Source: Dendrobates tinctorius (Eukaryota). Taken from it: 64,000 bases of DNA. The stretch lies in NCBI RefSeq assembly GCF_039654945.1, contig NW_027361819.1:1922001-1986000 (forward strand), in the 5' to 3' direction. Position numbers and translations under genes: made by a program. Below, piece after piece: positions 50,461 through 64,000 of this stretch (position 1 is its first letter; the number at the start of each line of letters is the position of its first letter). Under the pieces are notes generated by a model that was not told the DNA's origin, ran no database searches, and worked only from the letters and a program-made list of their open reading frames with translations.

Positions 50461-52027
50461 CAGTGGGGAAGAAAAGTCTTTAGTCAGCCACCAATTGTGC
50501 ACGTTCTCCACTTATAAAGATGAGAGCGGCCTGTAATTGACATCATAGGTAGACCACAACTATGAGAGTCAAAATGAGAAAACAAATCCAGAAAATCACC
50601 TTGTCTGATTTGGGAAGATTTATATTGCAAATTATGGTGGAAAATAAGTATTTGGTCATTAACAAAAGTTCATCTCAATACTTTGTGATATATCCTTTGT
50701 TGGCAATGACAGAGGTCAGAGGTTTTCCATAAGTCTTCACAAGGATGGCACACACTGTTGGCGGTATGTTGGCCCATTCCTCCATGCAGATCTCCTCTTG
50801 AGCGGTGATGTTTTGGGCCTGTCGCTGGGCAACACGGACTTTCAAATCCCTGCAAAGGTTTTCTATGGGGTTGAGATCTGGAGACTGGCTAGGCCACTCC
50901 AGGACCTTCATATGCTTCTTACTAAGCCACTCCTTTGTTGCCCTGGCGGTGTGCTTGGGATCATTATCATGCTGAAAGTCCCATCTACGTTTCATCTTCA
51001 ATGCCCTTGCTGATAGGAGGTTTGCACTCAAACTCTCACGATACATGGTCCATTCATTATGTCATGTACACGGATCAGTTGTCCTGGTCCCTTTGCAAAG
51101 AAACAGCCCCAAAGCATGATGTTGCCACCCCCATGCTTCACAGTAGGTATGGTGTTCTTTGGATACAACTCAGCATTCTGTTTCCTCCAAACACGATGAG
51201 TTTTGTTTCTACCAAACAGTTCTACTTTGGTTTCATCAGACCATATGACATTCTCCCAATACTCATCTGGATAATCTAAATGCTCTCTACCAAACTTCAG
51301 ACGGGCCCGGACATGTACTGGCTTAAGCAGGGGGACACGTCTGGCACTGCAGGATCTGAGTCCCTGGTGGCGTAGTGTGTTACTGATGGTAGTCTTTGTT
51401 ACAGTGGTCCCAGCTCTATACAGGTCATTCACTAGGTCCCCCCATGTGGTTCTGGGATTTTTGCTCACCGTTCTTGTGATCATTTTGACCACACGGGGTG
51501 AGATCTTGTGTGGAGCCCCAGTTTGAGGGAGATTATCAGTGGTCTTGTATGTCTTCCATTTTCTTATAATTGCTCCCACAGTTGATTTCATCATACCAAG
51601 CTGCTTGCCTATTGCAGATTCAGTCTTCCCAGCCTGGTGCAGGGCTACAATTTTGTTTCTGGTGTCCTTCTACAGCTCTTTGGTCTTCACCATAGTGGAG
51701 TGTGACTGTTTGAGGTTGTGGACAGGTGTCTTTTATACTGATAAGTTCATTACTACAGGTAATGAGTGGAGGACAGAGGAGCCTCTTAAAGAAGAATTTA
51801 CAGGTCTGTGAGAGCCAGAAATCTTGCATGTTATTAGGTGCCCAAATACTTATTTTCCACCATAATTTGCAAAATAAATCTTGCCAAATCAGACAAGGTG
51901 ATTTTTCTAGATTTGTTTTCTCATTGTGACTCTCATAGTTGTGGTCTACCTATGAGGCCTCTCTCACCTTTTTAAGTGAGAGAACTTGCACAATTGGTGG
52001 CTGACTAAATACTTTTTTTCCCCACTA
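50461..52027 (-). mobile_element. Tc1 (DD34E) transposon, duplicate of 3053-4619
   Basis: Same inverted repeats, same early TAG and same frameshift. Confidence 0.95.
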
Positions 52028-52743
52028 TATGTGTCTGCCGGGGTGGTGGGAGGTTTCTGATTTTCTGATTTCTTTATTAGATCTGTGTCTCTGCTCATGA
52101 TTCTGTGACTTTTTCCCACAGCTCTGCTCTGAGGACAGGGATAATTTTAGCATTACTGTACATCCCATCATCTATTTTGGCCATCACCTTTTACAAGGGC
52201 CAGGAATAGCCAGTAATCCTATCCTGCTCGTTCAGTGTCTTCCCTGGCCGCTGACCAGTCAGAATTCTTGCCCCTTGTAGCGAGAAAGCTTTTCCAAACA
52301 AAAATAAAAAATACACTCCTGATAAATATCGGTCGTCCTCATCTGTCAATTAATGAAAAACTTCTTGGATGTTTGGGTGCTAACCAAAATACCAATATGG
52401 CTGGCAGTATTGATCTTACAAGTGGTGCTTGTCTCTCATTTTTCCCAGGCTTAAGATTAGTAAGTCCACCAGATTAATGCAGGTTTTCCACTCTGAAGCC
52501 ATATTGGTGGTCACCCAGTTTTTCCAAGTTCTGTTTACTGGGGTTTAGGCTCAGTAACCTTGGACTGGGAGTTTGTTGTGGGGACACTCAGGCGGCAGAT
52601 CAGGTTCACACTGAGGACTTGAAGACTCAGCCGAGTGTAATTATCAGAAGGAACAGCTGAGACGTGCAGGACGCTACAACAGCTGAAGTCTGAAGTGAAT
52701 ATTCGGCACTGTTGTCGCTGCGCTCCACTCCTTGCTGGACTCG

Positions 52744-54291
52744 ATGGCGACTGCAGATCTGAAGGACGAGCTGAACTGTTCCATATGCCTGAATATCTAC
52801 ATGGAGCCTGTAACTCTGAGATGTGGCCACAGCTTCTGCCAGGGATGTATCCGATCGGTACTGGACAGGCAAGATGGAGTTGGCATCTACACCTGCCCAG
52901 AATGCCGTGCAGAATACCAAAAGCGCCCACCATTGCGACGGAACTTGAAGCTTTGTAACATCGTGGAGCATTTCCGGTCAACGCAACCAGAGGCGAAGCC
53001 TCCCGGGATCTTCTGCACCTACTGCGTCCATGCCTCCGTCCCAGCATTCAAGACTTGCCTGATGTGCGAAGCTTCTCTGTGCAGTGTCCATCTGAGCGTT
53101 CACAGCAAATCCACCGACCACGTCTTGACAGAGCCCACCAGCTCCATGGACAACAGAAAATGTGCCACTCACCAGGAGATGCTAAAGTACTACTGCTGTA
53201 AAGATGCCGCCTGCATCTGCGTGTCATGTTGCGTGTTTGGAGAACATCGAGGACATCAGGTGGAACTTCTCAAAGAGGCATCTGAGAAGAAGAAAGAAAA
53301 ACTAAGAAAAGTTCTGGAAAAGCTGTCCTCAAAATGTGAAGAGACGGAGAAGAGCATGCAAAGTTTACAAGATCACAAGAGGGGAGTCAAGGAGAAAGCC
53401 GCAAACATGACGACATGGGTGACTGCTCTGTTTAAGGACATCAAGGCCCAGGTCCAAGCTCTGGAAGAACGGGTCTTGAGTGACATCTCCAGACAGAGGG
53501 ATAAAGTCTCGCTCTCAGTCACTGATCTGATCCAGCAACTGGAGATGAAGAAGGAGGAGTTGTCCAGGAAGATGATGTACATCGAGGAGCTGTGCCAAGT
53601 GCCCGATCCACTCGATGTCCTACAGGGACGGGACGTCAGCAGAGCTGAGCCGCCAGATGAAGGACTTGGTAAGAGGCTGCAGGCTGTAGGTGATCTTGAT
53701 GAAGTTCTGACCTCGTTGACCCTACAGTCATCTTTATCCAGTATTGTGACCAACTTAAAGCAAAACGTTAACGTCCAAAACTTAATGCTGGACATTAAGA
53801 CGGCGGCGGTTGATGTGTCTGTGTCCGGAGACCTGAAGAGCGCTACGTGGTCCAAGACCCCGATCTGGACAAAAGCTTCACAAAGATTTAAAAACTATTG
53901 TCAGGTTCTGAGTTTTCAGAGTTTTAGCTCCGGAAAGATTTACTGGGAAGTGGAGACCAGTGAACTAGGGAATTGGAGGGTGGGGGTGGCATATCCCAGC
54001 CTGGAGCGGAAGGGAGATCTGTCCGGGATAGGACAGAACAACAAATCCTGGTGCCTTCGCCTGTGTCAGAAGGATTATCTTGTCGCTCATGCTGCAAAAG
54101 AGATTCCACTACAGCTGGAGACCTCGCTGCAGAGACTAGGTATATTCCTGGACTACGAGGCTGGGCGGCTGTCCTTCTATCGGCTGTGTGAGCCCATTCA
54201 ACATCTCCACACCTTCACTGCCACCTTCACAGAGCCTCTTCATGCAGTGTTTCTGGTATGGCGGGACGGTTGGGTGAGAATCCGGAGCTAG
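52744..54291 (+). CDS. Intronless TRIM-PRY/SPRY E3 ligase, duplicate copy, 515 aa
   Basis: Intact ORF. Differs from copy A at DISK->DISR and VDVA->VDVS, plus at least one silent change. Confidence 0.95.
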   Translation: MATADLKDELNCSICLNIYMEPVTLRCGHSFCQGCIRSVLDRQDGVGIYTCPECRAEYQKRPPLRRNLKLCNIVEHFRSTQPEAKPPGIFCTYCVHASVPAFKTCLMCEASLCSVHLSVHSKSTDHVLTEPTSSMDNRKCATHQEMLKYYCCKDAACICVSCCVFGEHRGHQVELLKEASEKKKEKLRKVLEKLSSKCEETEKSMQSLQDHKRGVKEKAANMTTWVTALFKDIKAQVQALEERVLSDISRQRDKVSLSVTDLIQQLEMKKEELSRKMMYIEELCQVPDPLDVLQGRDVSRAEPPDEGLGKRLQAVGDLDEVLTSLTLQSSLSSIVTNLKQNVNVQNLMLDIKTAAVDVSVSGDLKSATWSKTPIWTKASQRFKNYCQVLSFQSFSSGKIYWEVETSELGNWRVGVAYPSLERKGDLSGIGQNNKSWCLRLCQKDYLVAHAAKEIPLQLETSLQRLGIFLDYEAGRLSFYRLCEPIQHLHTFTATFTEPLHAVFLVWRDGWVRIRS

Positions 54292-56227
54292 GATTACTAA
54301 CCTAGATGACCTGGTCCTTTAGGATGGAAGCCCTTCGAGCCTTATCCTAACTGCCAGCCTCTACGGTGCCTCTTCTGATTTGGTAGGCCTTGCGTGATGT
54401 CATGTATGCGTTGTGCCGCAACGATGACGTCACATTGGGCTTGCCAATCAGAAGACGAGTTGAGGATTGGTGCAGGTGGTAAGGTGGAGGTTTGTTGACT
54501 CCTAACTGGTGGCCACTTAGTAGTGGCTGTTGGGCCAGGGTCCAACGAATTGTTTAGCTCATGTTTATTTTCGAAAAAGATAAAAATGGGAAACGCTAAT
54601 TTTAAAGGAACTCTTCAGACAAAACTCTGGGTGGGGCACCAGACGGCATTATAATGCTCCACCACCTCAGATCAGTGTTTCGATTTTACGTTTAAGGTTT
54701 TTTTTAACAGAAAATTAGTCTAGGAAGGCTCCTCATGAGCTTTGCTAAAGTTTTCCTTTTTAAAGCGGCTTGTCAAATCCTGTTAACATAAAGGGATATT
54801 CTGATCTACACAAATGGTCACATATCTGCTGGATCAAGGTGGGTCTGAACATTGGGACTTATATTGGTCACCAGAATGGGGGATTCTCCATTCTCCCCTG
54901 ACCTCAAGACGATGGCGGGAGTTGTTGACTTGAGTGCAGGTGACTATAGATTCTGTTCATCAGTCGTGGGGCCTGAATGGAACTTCATTCAGACAAGGTC
55001 TTCCGGCCAAGGGAGATCGGCTATTGATGGGTGTCCCAATGGGTAGATCCACACCAATCTATCCAGTGGTTATTTGATCATCTTGTGTAGATCTAAAGCA
55101 TGTAATGAAAACTTCTGACACTTTTTTTTACATATTCTTACTTTCTCTGCTTGCTTTCAGTGAATGAAAACCTTTATTGTCCTCGTGTGGAACATGAATG
55201 AATGTTTCATATGTGTGACCCAAATGTATCTCGCTTGTCTGTTAAATTTGACCACTTTATGGTTTATTTTTGGATGTTACTCTCTGTATGCAGAATCCAA
55301 TCAATAAACCTTTCCTTCTGATGAATTGTGACTTTTACATTTTTGGTCTTCACTGCTGTCTCCTTCCCTGGACATATCTGGCCACCTTCTCTAGGTTTGT
55401 GGCTCCTCTACTTCTCTATGACCCTACAGCCACCTCCCCACCCTATTATACCTCTGATCCGAGGAGCCTTACACATTTTTATCCGGATGAGCCCCATTTC
55501 TCCAGGAGCCCTATAGCCGCTGCCTGTCCTGCCTCTTTAGCAAGTCAAGAGTTCCAATAAGGTGTGGGGCTTCTGAACATTTTCACTTATGGAGGCGACC
55601 ATGGACATTAATGAGGTCGGAATTAAAATATCCTGCAAATTAGGATTCTCCTGCTGGTCTGTAGAGTGATGGCGACTATATAGGTTGTCGCCCAGATTTT
55701 CCCCAAAAATTGCTGATCGTGCCTGTGAGGAGCAGGTTTTTTTTTTCTTTCTTTAGACATGTTTATTATGTGCACTCGATGGCGGCATAACCACTGGTAA
55801 GTCACAAACTACTGCAACTACGGAAAGACCTCCACCCCAAGAAACTCCCTGCAGATCATCACATCGTTGGCTCCGAGAACCTGCAGGACATTTCTCTGTC
55901 CCCTGTATAGTATAATTATGTAACACACCGCCACCATCCGCCCATAGCACATATGGATGGTGACATTACCGCAGCGCTGCAGCAGCTGACTCACATCCTG
56001 GGCTCAGCTCTTGCACAAGGCTCCCAGAGTGATGTTTCCGTTCTTAGCACAAACCTGAGAAAAAACTCAGCAGCTTCTAAATGTGCAGAAGTCAGAGCTG
56101 CATCCATTGGGGTGTCGGGGGGCCGCTGGTTCTCAAAGACCCGAAGAGATAAAGTCCTGAGGTTACAGAAACCAATGACCAGTAGGGATCAGCTGCCAAC
56201 GGTTCTTCCCCTGATGATGTCACAGTT

Positions 56228-59200
56228 CACCATATAGTGTCAATGCGACCATATACAGCCCGTGTAATACCACCATATAGTGTCAATGCAGCCATATACA
56301 GCCCGTGTAATACCACCATATAGTGTCAATGCGACCATATACAGCCCGTGTAATACCACCATATAGTGTCAATGCGACCATATACAGCCCGTGTAATACC
56401 ACCATATAGTGTCAATGCGACCATATACAGCCCCTGTAATACCACCATATAGTGTCAATGCGACCGTATACAGCCCCTGTAATACCACCATATAGTGTCA
56501 ATGCGACCATATACAGCCCCTGTAATACCACCATATAGTGTCAATGCGACCATATACAGCCCGTGTAATACCACCATATAGTGTCAATGCGACCATATAC
56601 AGCCCGTGTAATACCACCATATAGTGTCAATGCGACCATATACAGCCCGTGTAATACCACCATATAGTGTCAATGCGACCATATACAGCCCCTGTAATAC
56701 CACCATATAGTGTCAATGCGACCATATACAGCCCGTGTAATACCACCATATAGTGTCAATGCGACCATATACAGCCCGTGTAATACCACCATATAGTGTC
56801 AATGCGGCCATATACAGCCCGTGTAATACCACCATATAGTGTCAATGCGGCCATATACAGCCCGTGTAATACCACCATATAGTGTCAATGCGACAATATA
56901 CAGCCCGTGTAATACCACCATATAGTGTCAATGCGGCCATATACAGCCCCTGTAATACCACCATATAGTGTCAATGCGACCATATACAGCCCGTGTAATA
57001 CCACCATATAGTGTCAATGCGACCATATACAGCCCATGTAATACCACCATATAGTGTCAATGCGACCATATACAGCCCGTGTAATACCACCATATAGTGT
57101 CAATGCGACCATATACAGCCCGTGTAATACCACCATATAGTGTCAATGCGACCATATACAGCCCATGTAATACCACCATATAGTGTCAATGCGACCATAT
57201 ACAGCCCCTGTAATACCACCATATAGTGTCAATGCGACCATATACAGCCCGTGTAATACCACCATATAGTGTCAATGCGACCATATACAGCCCGTGTAAT
57301 ACCACCATATAGTGTCAATGCGACCATATACAGCCCCTGTAATACCACCATATAGTGTCAATGCGACCATATACAGCCCGTGTAATACCACCATATAGTG
57401 TCAATGCGACCATATACAGCCCGTGTAATACCACCATATAGTGTCAATGCGACCATATACAGCCCGTGTATTACCACCATATAGTGTCAATGCGGCCATA
57501 TACAGCCCGTGTAATACCACCATATAGTGTCAATGCGGCCATATACAGCCCCTGTAATACCACCATATAGTGTCAATGCGGCCATATACAGCCCGTGTAA
57601 TACCACCATATAGTGTCAATGCGACCATATACAGCCCCTGTAATACCACCATATAGTGTCAATGCGACCATATACAGCCCCTGTAATACCACCATATAGT
57701 GTCAATGCGACCATATACAGCCCGTGTAATACCACCATATACACTGTGTTCCAAATTATTATGCAAATGATATTTTTCTCTGATTTTCCTAAATAGTCGG
57801 TACAAATGACAGTCAGTCTAATAAAAGTCATCACCCGTTAGATTATACATCAAATTTTATTGAAGAAACCTCCCAATGATAACAGTATAATCTCCAAAAT
57901 GAATAAAAACTCAAATTTCACTGTTCCGAATTATTAGGCACAGTAGAATTTCTAAACATTTGATCTGTTTTAAAGAACTGAAAATGTTCATTTGTGGAAT
58001 TTGCAGCATTAGGAGGTCACATTCACCGAACAAAAAAGCTATTTAACTCCAAAACATCCTAACAGGGCAAGTTACGTGGTAACAGAGGAACCCTTCTGTG
58101 ATGTCACCTTCACAATTCTTGCATCCATTGAACTTGGGAGTTTTTGGAGAGTTTCTGCTTGTATTTCTTTACATGAAGTCGGAATAGCCTCCCAGAGCTG
58201 CTGTTTGATGTGAACTGCCTCCCACCCTCATAGATCTTTCGCTTGATGATACTCCAAAGGTTCTCCATAGGGTTGAGGTCAGGGGAGGATGGTGGCCACA
58301 CCATGAGTTTATCTCCTTTTATGCCCATTGCAGCCAATGACTCAGAGGTCTTCTTTGCCGCATGAAGAGGATTTTGCTCCTGAAGGCATGTTTCTGCTTT
58401 TTATACCATGGAAGACAGCGGTCAGTCAGAAACTCTATATACTTTGCAGAGGTCATTTTCACACTTTCAGGAACCTTAAAGAGCCCTACCAGCTGTTTCC
58501 CCATGATTCCGGCCCAAAACATGACTCCTCCTCCTTGCTGAAGTCGCAGCCTTGTTGGGACATAGTGGCCATCCACCAACCATCCACTACTCCATCCATC
58601 TGGACCATCCAGGGTTGCTGGACACTCATCAGTAAACAAGACTGTATGAAAATTAGTCTTCATGTATGTCTGGACCCACTGCTACAATTTCTGCTTGTGA
58701 ACACTTTTTAGGGGTGGCCGAATAGTAGATTTATGCACCACAGCAAGCCTTTGAAGGATCCTACACCTTGAGGTTCGACGGACTCCAGAGGCACCAGCAG
58801 CTTTAAATATCTGTTTGCTGGTTTGTAATGGCTTTTTAGCAGCTGCTCTCTTAATCCGATGAACTTGCCTGGCAGAAACCTTCCTCATTCTGCCTTTATC
58901 AGCACAAACATGTCTGTGCTCAGAATCAACCACAATTCTCGTAACAGTGCGATGGTCACGTTTAAGTTTTTGGGAAATATCTAATGTTTTCATCTCTTGA
59001 CCAAGGCATTGCACTATTTGATGCTTTTCAGCAGCAGAGAGATCCTTTTTCTTTCCTAAATTCCTTGAAACCTGTGCCCTGCTTAATAATGTGGAACATC
59101 ATTCTTAAGTAGCTTTCCTTTAATTGAGCTCACCTGGTAAACTAATTATCACAGGAATTTGAGATTGATTTCTGTGATCCAAAGAGCCCTGATACACAAT

Positions 59201-60547
59201 ACCATCTATGAGTTTATTTGAAAAACAAAAAATAACATCTTTATGACACTTAAATCCAATTTGCATAATAATTTGGAACGCAGTGTAGTATCAATGCGAC
59301 CATATACAGCCCGTGTAATACCACCATATAGTGTCAATGCGACCATATACAGCCCCTGTAATACCACCATATAGTGTCAATGCGACCATATACAGCCCCT
59401 GTAATACCACCATATAGTGTCAATGCGGCTATATACAGCCCGTGTAATACCACCATATAGTGTCAATGCGGCCATATACAGCCCGTGTAATACCACCATA
59501 TAGTGACAATGCGGCCATATACAGCCCGTGTAATACCACCATATAGTGTCAATGCGACCATATACAGCCCCTGTAATACCACCATATAGTGTCAATGCGA
59601 CCATATACAGCCCCTGTAATACCACCATATAGTGTCAATGCGACCATATACAGCCCCTGTAATACCACCATATAGTGTCAATGCGGCTATATACAGCCCG
59701 TGTAATACCACCATATAAAGCCCATGTAATACCACCATATAGTGTCATTGCGACCATATACAGCCCATGTAATACCACCATATAATATCAATGCAGCCAT
59801 ATACAGCCCGTGTAATACCACCATATAGTGTCAATGTGACCCTATACAGCCCGTGTATTACCACCATATAGTGTCAATGCGACCATATACAGCCCGTGTA
59901 ATACCACCATATAGTGTCAATGCGACCATATACAGCCCGTGTAATACCACCATATAGTGTCAATGCGACCATATACAGCCCCTGTAATACCACCATATAG
60001 TGTCAATGCGGCTATATACAGCCCGTGTAATACCACCATATAAAGCCCATGTAATACCACCATATAGTGTCATTGCGACCATATACAGCCCATGTAATAC
60101 CACCATATAATATCAATGCAGCCATATACAGCCCGTGTAATACCACCATATAGTGTCAATGTGACCCTATACAGCCCGTGTATTACCACCATATAGTGTC
60201 AATGCGACCATATACAGCCCGTGTAATACCACCATATAGTGTCAATGCGACCATATACAGCCCGTGTAATACCACCATATAGTGTCAATGTGACCCTATA
60301 CAGCCCGTGTATTACCACCATATAGTGTCAATGTGACCCTATACAGCCCGTGTAATACCACCATATAGTGTCAATGCGACCATATACAGCCCGTGTAATA
60401 CCACCATATAGTGTCAATGTGACCCTATATAGCCCGTGTATTACCACCATATAGTGCCTATGCGGCCATACATAGCCCGTTTAATACCACCATATGGTGT
60501 CAATGCGGCCATACATAGCCCGTGTAATACCACCATATAGTGTCAAT
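56228..60547. repeat. 43-bp minisatellite, duplicate
   Basis: Same unit; shorter than copy A to the right of the TRT insertion. Confidence 0.96.
57742..59285 (-). mobile_element. TRT-type Tc1-like transposon, duplicate
   Basis: Same TIRs, same TA site and same internal deletion as 10334-11880. Confidence 0.9.
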
Positions 60548-60879
60548 ATAATACGGCCATACTATTGTAATGTGCTGCCATATGTAGCCCGCATAATACC
60601 ACAATACAATGGCTAAGATAATATGAAATAAGATAATACTGCAATTGAAATCTAAAAAACTCACTGTATGTTACATAAGTTTTCCTGCCAGCACATCCGT
60701 AGTTGCAACAGATTCTTTGCTGCATATACTGCCCATGTGCACAGAGCCTAAGCCTCTGCTTTTCTCCTGGAGTTCTTGTCACCAGGACCCGATCTCACAG
60801 ATCACTTATGAGATTACCGAGCTCTAAAACTGAACATGAGATACACAGGAATTATAATGTAACCAATTATAAAGGTCCG

Positions 60880-63800
60880 CTGCTATAACCTGGGTGTATT
60901 ATGTATATAATTATATATGTACAGCTGCTATAACCTGGGTGTATTATGTATATAATTATATATGTACAGCTGCTATAACCTGGGTATATTATGTACATAA
61001 TGATATATGTACAGCTGCTATAACCTGGGTATATTATGTACAGTATATAATATATGTACAGCTGGTATAACCTGGGCATATCCTGTATTTAATGATATAT
61101 GTACAGCTGGTATAACCTGGGCATCTCCTGTATATAATTATATATGTACAGCTGGTATAACCTGGGCATCTCCTGTATATAATTATATATGTACAGCTGG
61201 TATAACCTGGGCATCTCCTGTATATAATTATACATGTACAGCTAGTATAACCTGGGCATCTCATGCATAAAATTATACATGTACAGCTGGTATAACCTGG
61301 GCATCTCATGTATATAATTATACATGTACAGCTGGTATAACCTGGGTATCTCCTGTATATAATTATATATGTACAGCCGGTATAACCTGGGCATCTCCTG
61401 TATATAATTATATATGTACAGCTGGTATAACCTGGGCATATCCTGTATATCCAAAATTCTAAAATAGCATGGTCGCTACCTCCTAGGGTCCCAGCCACTT
61501 TTACCTCCTCAACCATTTCCTCCCTGTTTATAAGGATTAGATCCAAGGTAGCAGTTCCCCTTGTTTTCTCCCGTACCTTTTGGAAGATAAAGTTGTCAGC
61601 AAGAGAGGATAAGAATTTCCTTGACCTGTTAGTTTTGCCTGAGAGAGATTCCCAACAAATGTCTGGATAGTTGAAATCTCCCATGACAACTATGTCATAT
61701 TTTTTGGAGAACTTGGCCATCTGATGCATAAAGAGTTCATCCATATCTTCAGCTTGCACAGGCGGCCTGTAGTAAATGCCTACAATGGTGTCCTTTCCAT
61801 TGTTCTGTCCTTGTATTCTTACCCAAACAGTTTCCACAGAACTCCCAGTCTCTGAAGCTTCAATCTCTGTGCAGATATACGCGTTTCGAACATACAATGC
61901 GACACCCCCTCCTCGTTTATCAAGTCTGTTTCTTGCAAATAAGTTGTATCCTTCTAGTCTTGTATTCCAATCATGTGTATTGTCCCACCAAGTTTCAGTG
62001 ATTCCAATTACATCATAGTTCTACATCATTATATATGTACAGCTGGTATAACCTGGGCATCTCCTGTATATAATTATATATGTACAGCTGGTATAACCTG
62101 GGCATCTCCTGCATATAATTATATATGTACAGCTGGTATAACCTGGGCATCTCCTGTATATAATTACACATGTACAGCTGGTATATCCTGGGCATCTCCT
62201 GTATATAATTACATATGTACAGCTGGTATAACCTGGGCATCTCCTGTATATAATTATATATGTACAGCTGGTATAACCTGGGCATCTCCTGCATATAATT
62301 ATATATGTATAGCCGGTATAACCTGGGCATCTCCTACATATAATTATATATGTACAGCTGGTATAACCTGGGCATCTCCTGTATATAATTATATATGTAC
62401 AGCTGGTATAACCTGGGCATCTCCTGCATATAATTATATATGTATAGCCGGTATAACCTGGGCATCTCCTACATATAATTATATATGTACAGCTGGTATA
62501 ACCTGGGCATCTCCTGTATATAATTATACATGTACAGCTGGTATAACCTGGGCATCTCATGTATATAATTATACATGTACAGCTGGTATAACCTGGGCAT
62601 CTCCTGCATATAATTATATATGTATAGCCGATATAACCTGGGCATCTCCTGCATATAATTAAATATGTACAGCCGGTATAACCTGGGCATCTCCTGCATA
62701 TAATTATATATGTATAGCTGGTATAACCTGGGCATCTCCTGCATATAATTATATATGTACAGCTGGTATAACCTGGGCATCTCCTGTATATAATTACACA
62801 TGTACAGCTGGTATAGCCTGGGCATCTCCTGTATATAATTATATATGTACAGCTGGTATAACCTGGGCATCTCCTGTATATAATTATATATGTACAGCTG
62901 GTATAACCTGGGCATCTCCTGCATATAATTATATATGTATAGCCGGTATAACCTGGGCATCTCCTGCATATAATTATATATGTATAGCCGGTATAACCTG
63001 GGCATCTCCTGCATATAATTATATATGTACAGCTGGTATAACCTGGGCATCTCCTGTATATAATTATATATGTACAGCTGGTATAACCCGGGTATCGCCT
63101 GTACATAATTATACATGTACAGCTGGTATAACCTGGGTATATTATGTACATAATGATATATGTACAGCTGTTATAACCTGGGTATATTATGTACAGTATA
63201 TAATAATATATGTACAGCTGGTATAACTAGGGCATCTCCTGTATTTAATGATCTATGTACAGCTGGTATAACCTAGGCATCTCCTATATTTAATGATATA
63301 TGTACAGTTGGTATAACCTGGGCATCTCCTGTATATAATTATATATGTACAGCTGGTATAACCTGGGCATCTCATGTATATAATTATACATGTACAGCTG
63401 GTATAACCTGGGCATCTCATGTATAAAATTATACATGTACAGCTGGTATAACCTGGGCATCTCATGTATAAAATTATACATGTACAGCTGGTATAACCTG
63501 GGCATCTCATGTATAAAATTATACATGTACAGCTGGTATAACCTGGGCATCTCATGTATATAATGATACATGTACAGCTGGTATAACCTGGCCATCTCAT
63601 GTATATAATGATACATGTACAGCTGGTATAACCAGGGCATCTCAAGTATACAACGATACATGTACAGCTGGTATAACCTGGGCATCTCCTGTATATAATG
63701 GTATATGTACAGCCGGTATAACCTGGGCATCTCCTGTATATAATTATATATGTACAGCTGGTATAACCTGGGCATCTCCTGTATATAATTATATATGTAC

Positions 63801-64000
63801 AGCCGGTATAACCCGGGCATCTCCTGTATATAATGATATATGTACAGCCGGTATAACCCGGGCATCTCCTGTATATAATTATATATGTACAGCCGGTATA
63901 ACCCGGGCATCTCCTGTATATAATTATATATGTACAGCTGGTATAACCTGGGCATCTCCTGTATATAATCATATATGTACAGCCGGTATAACCTGGGCAT
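60880..64000. repeat. 45-bp minisatellite, duplicate (runs off window)
   Basis: Same unit and same variant order as 13733-17258, with unit-number differences. Confidence 0.96.
61451..62022 (-). mobile_element. CR1 endonuclease fragment, duplicate
   Basis: Same junctions as 14349-14920; frame still open. Confidence 0.9.

Larger units (their letters stand above)
47417..64000 (+). repeat. Segmental duplication, copy B (visible part)
   Basis: Near-identical to 1-17258. Differences are minisatellite unit number, a ~19-bp deletion near 48118 and substitutions clustered in transposon sequence. Confidence 0.97.

Overview
Repeat-rich vertebrate genomic DNA, most likely from a frog (inferred from the intronless TRIM genes, the Tc1/TRT/CR1 content and the minisatellite types). 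The window covers about 1.35 periods of a ~47.4-kb direct segmental duplication: 1-~17258 recurs at 47417-64000. It contains two near-identical intronless RING-Bbox1-Bbox2-coiled-coil-PRY/SPRY TRIM genes and a 3' remnant of a third TRIM. A 12-coding-exon LAT (linker for activation of T cells) gene, missed by the ORF track, lies at 33026-40169, followed by an orphan exon resembling the first coding exon of a second palmitoylated transmembrane adaptor. Other content: decayed Tc1-superfamily transposons, a captured CR1 endonuclease fragment and four large minisatellite arrays. The most striking non-coding element is a 354-bp tandem array (44445-45765). Each of its three complete units carries a minimal type I hammerhead ribozyme on the minus strand, and the array ends in a 101-bp inverted copy of its own start, as in retrozymes/non-autonomous Penelope-like elements. 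It sits between two apparently truncated genes, probably at the duplication junction. A second, variant hammerhead-like insertion is at ~21.2-21.4 kb. All calls were read by eye; no searches were run.
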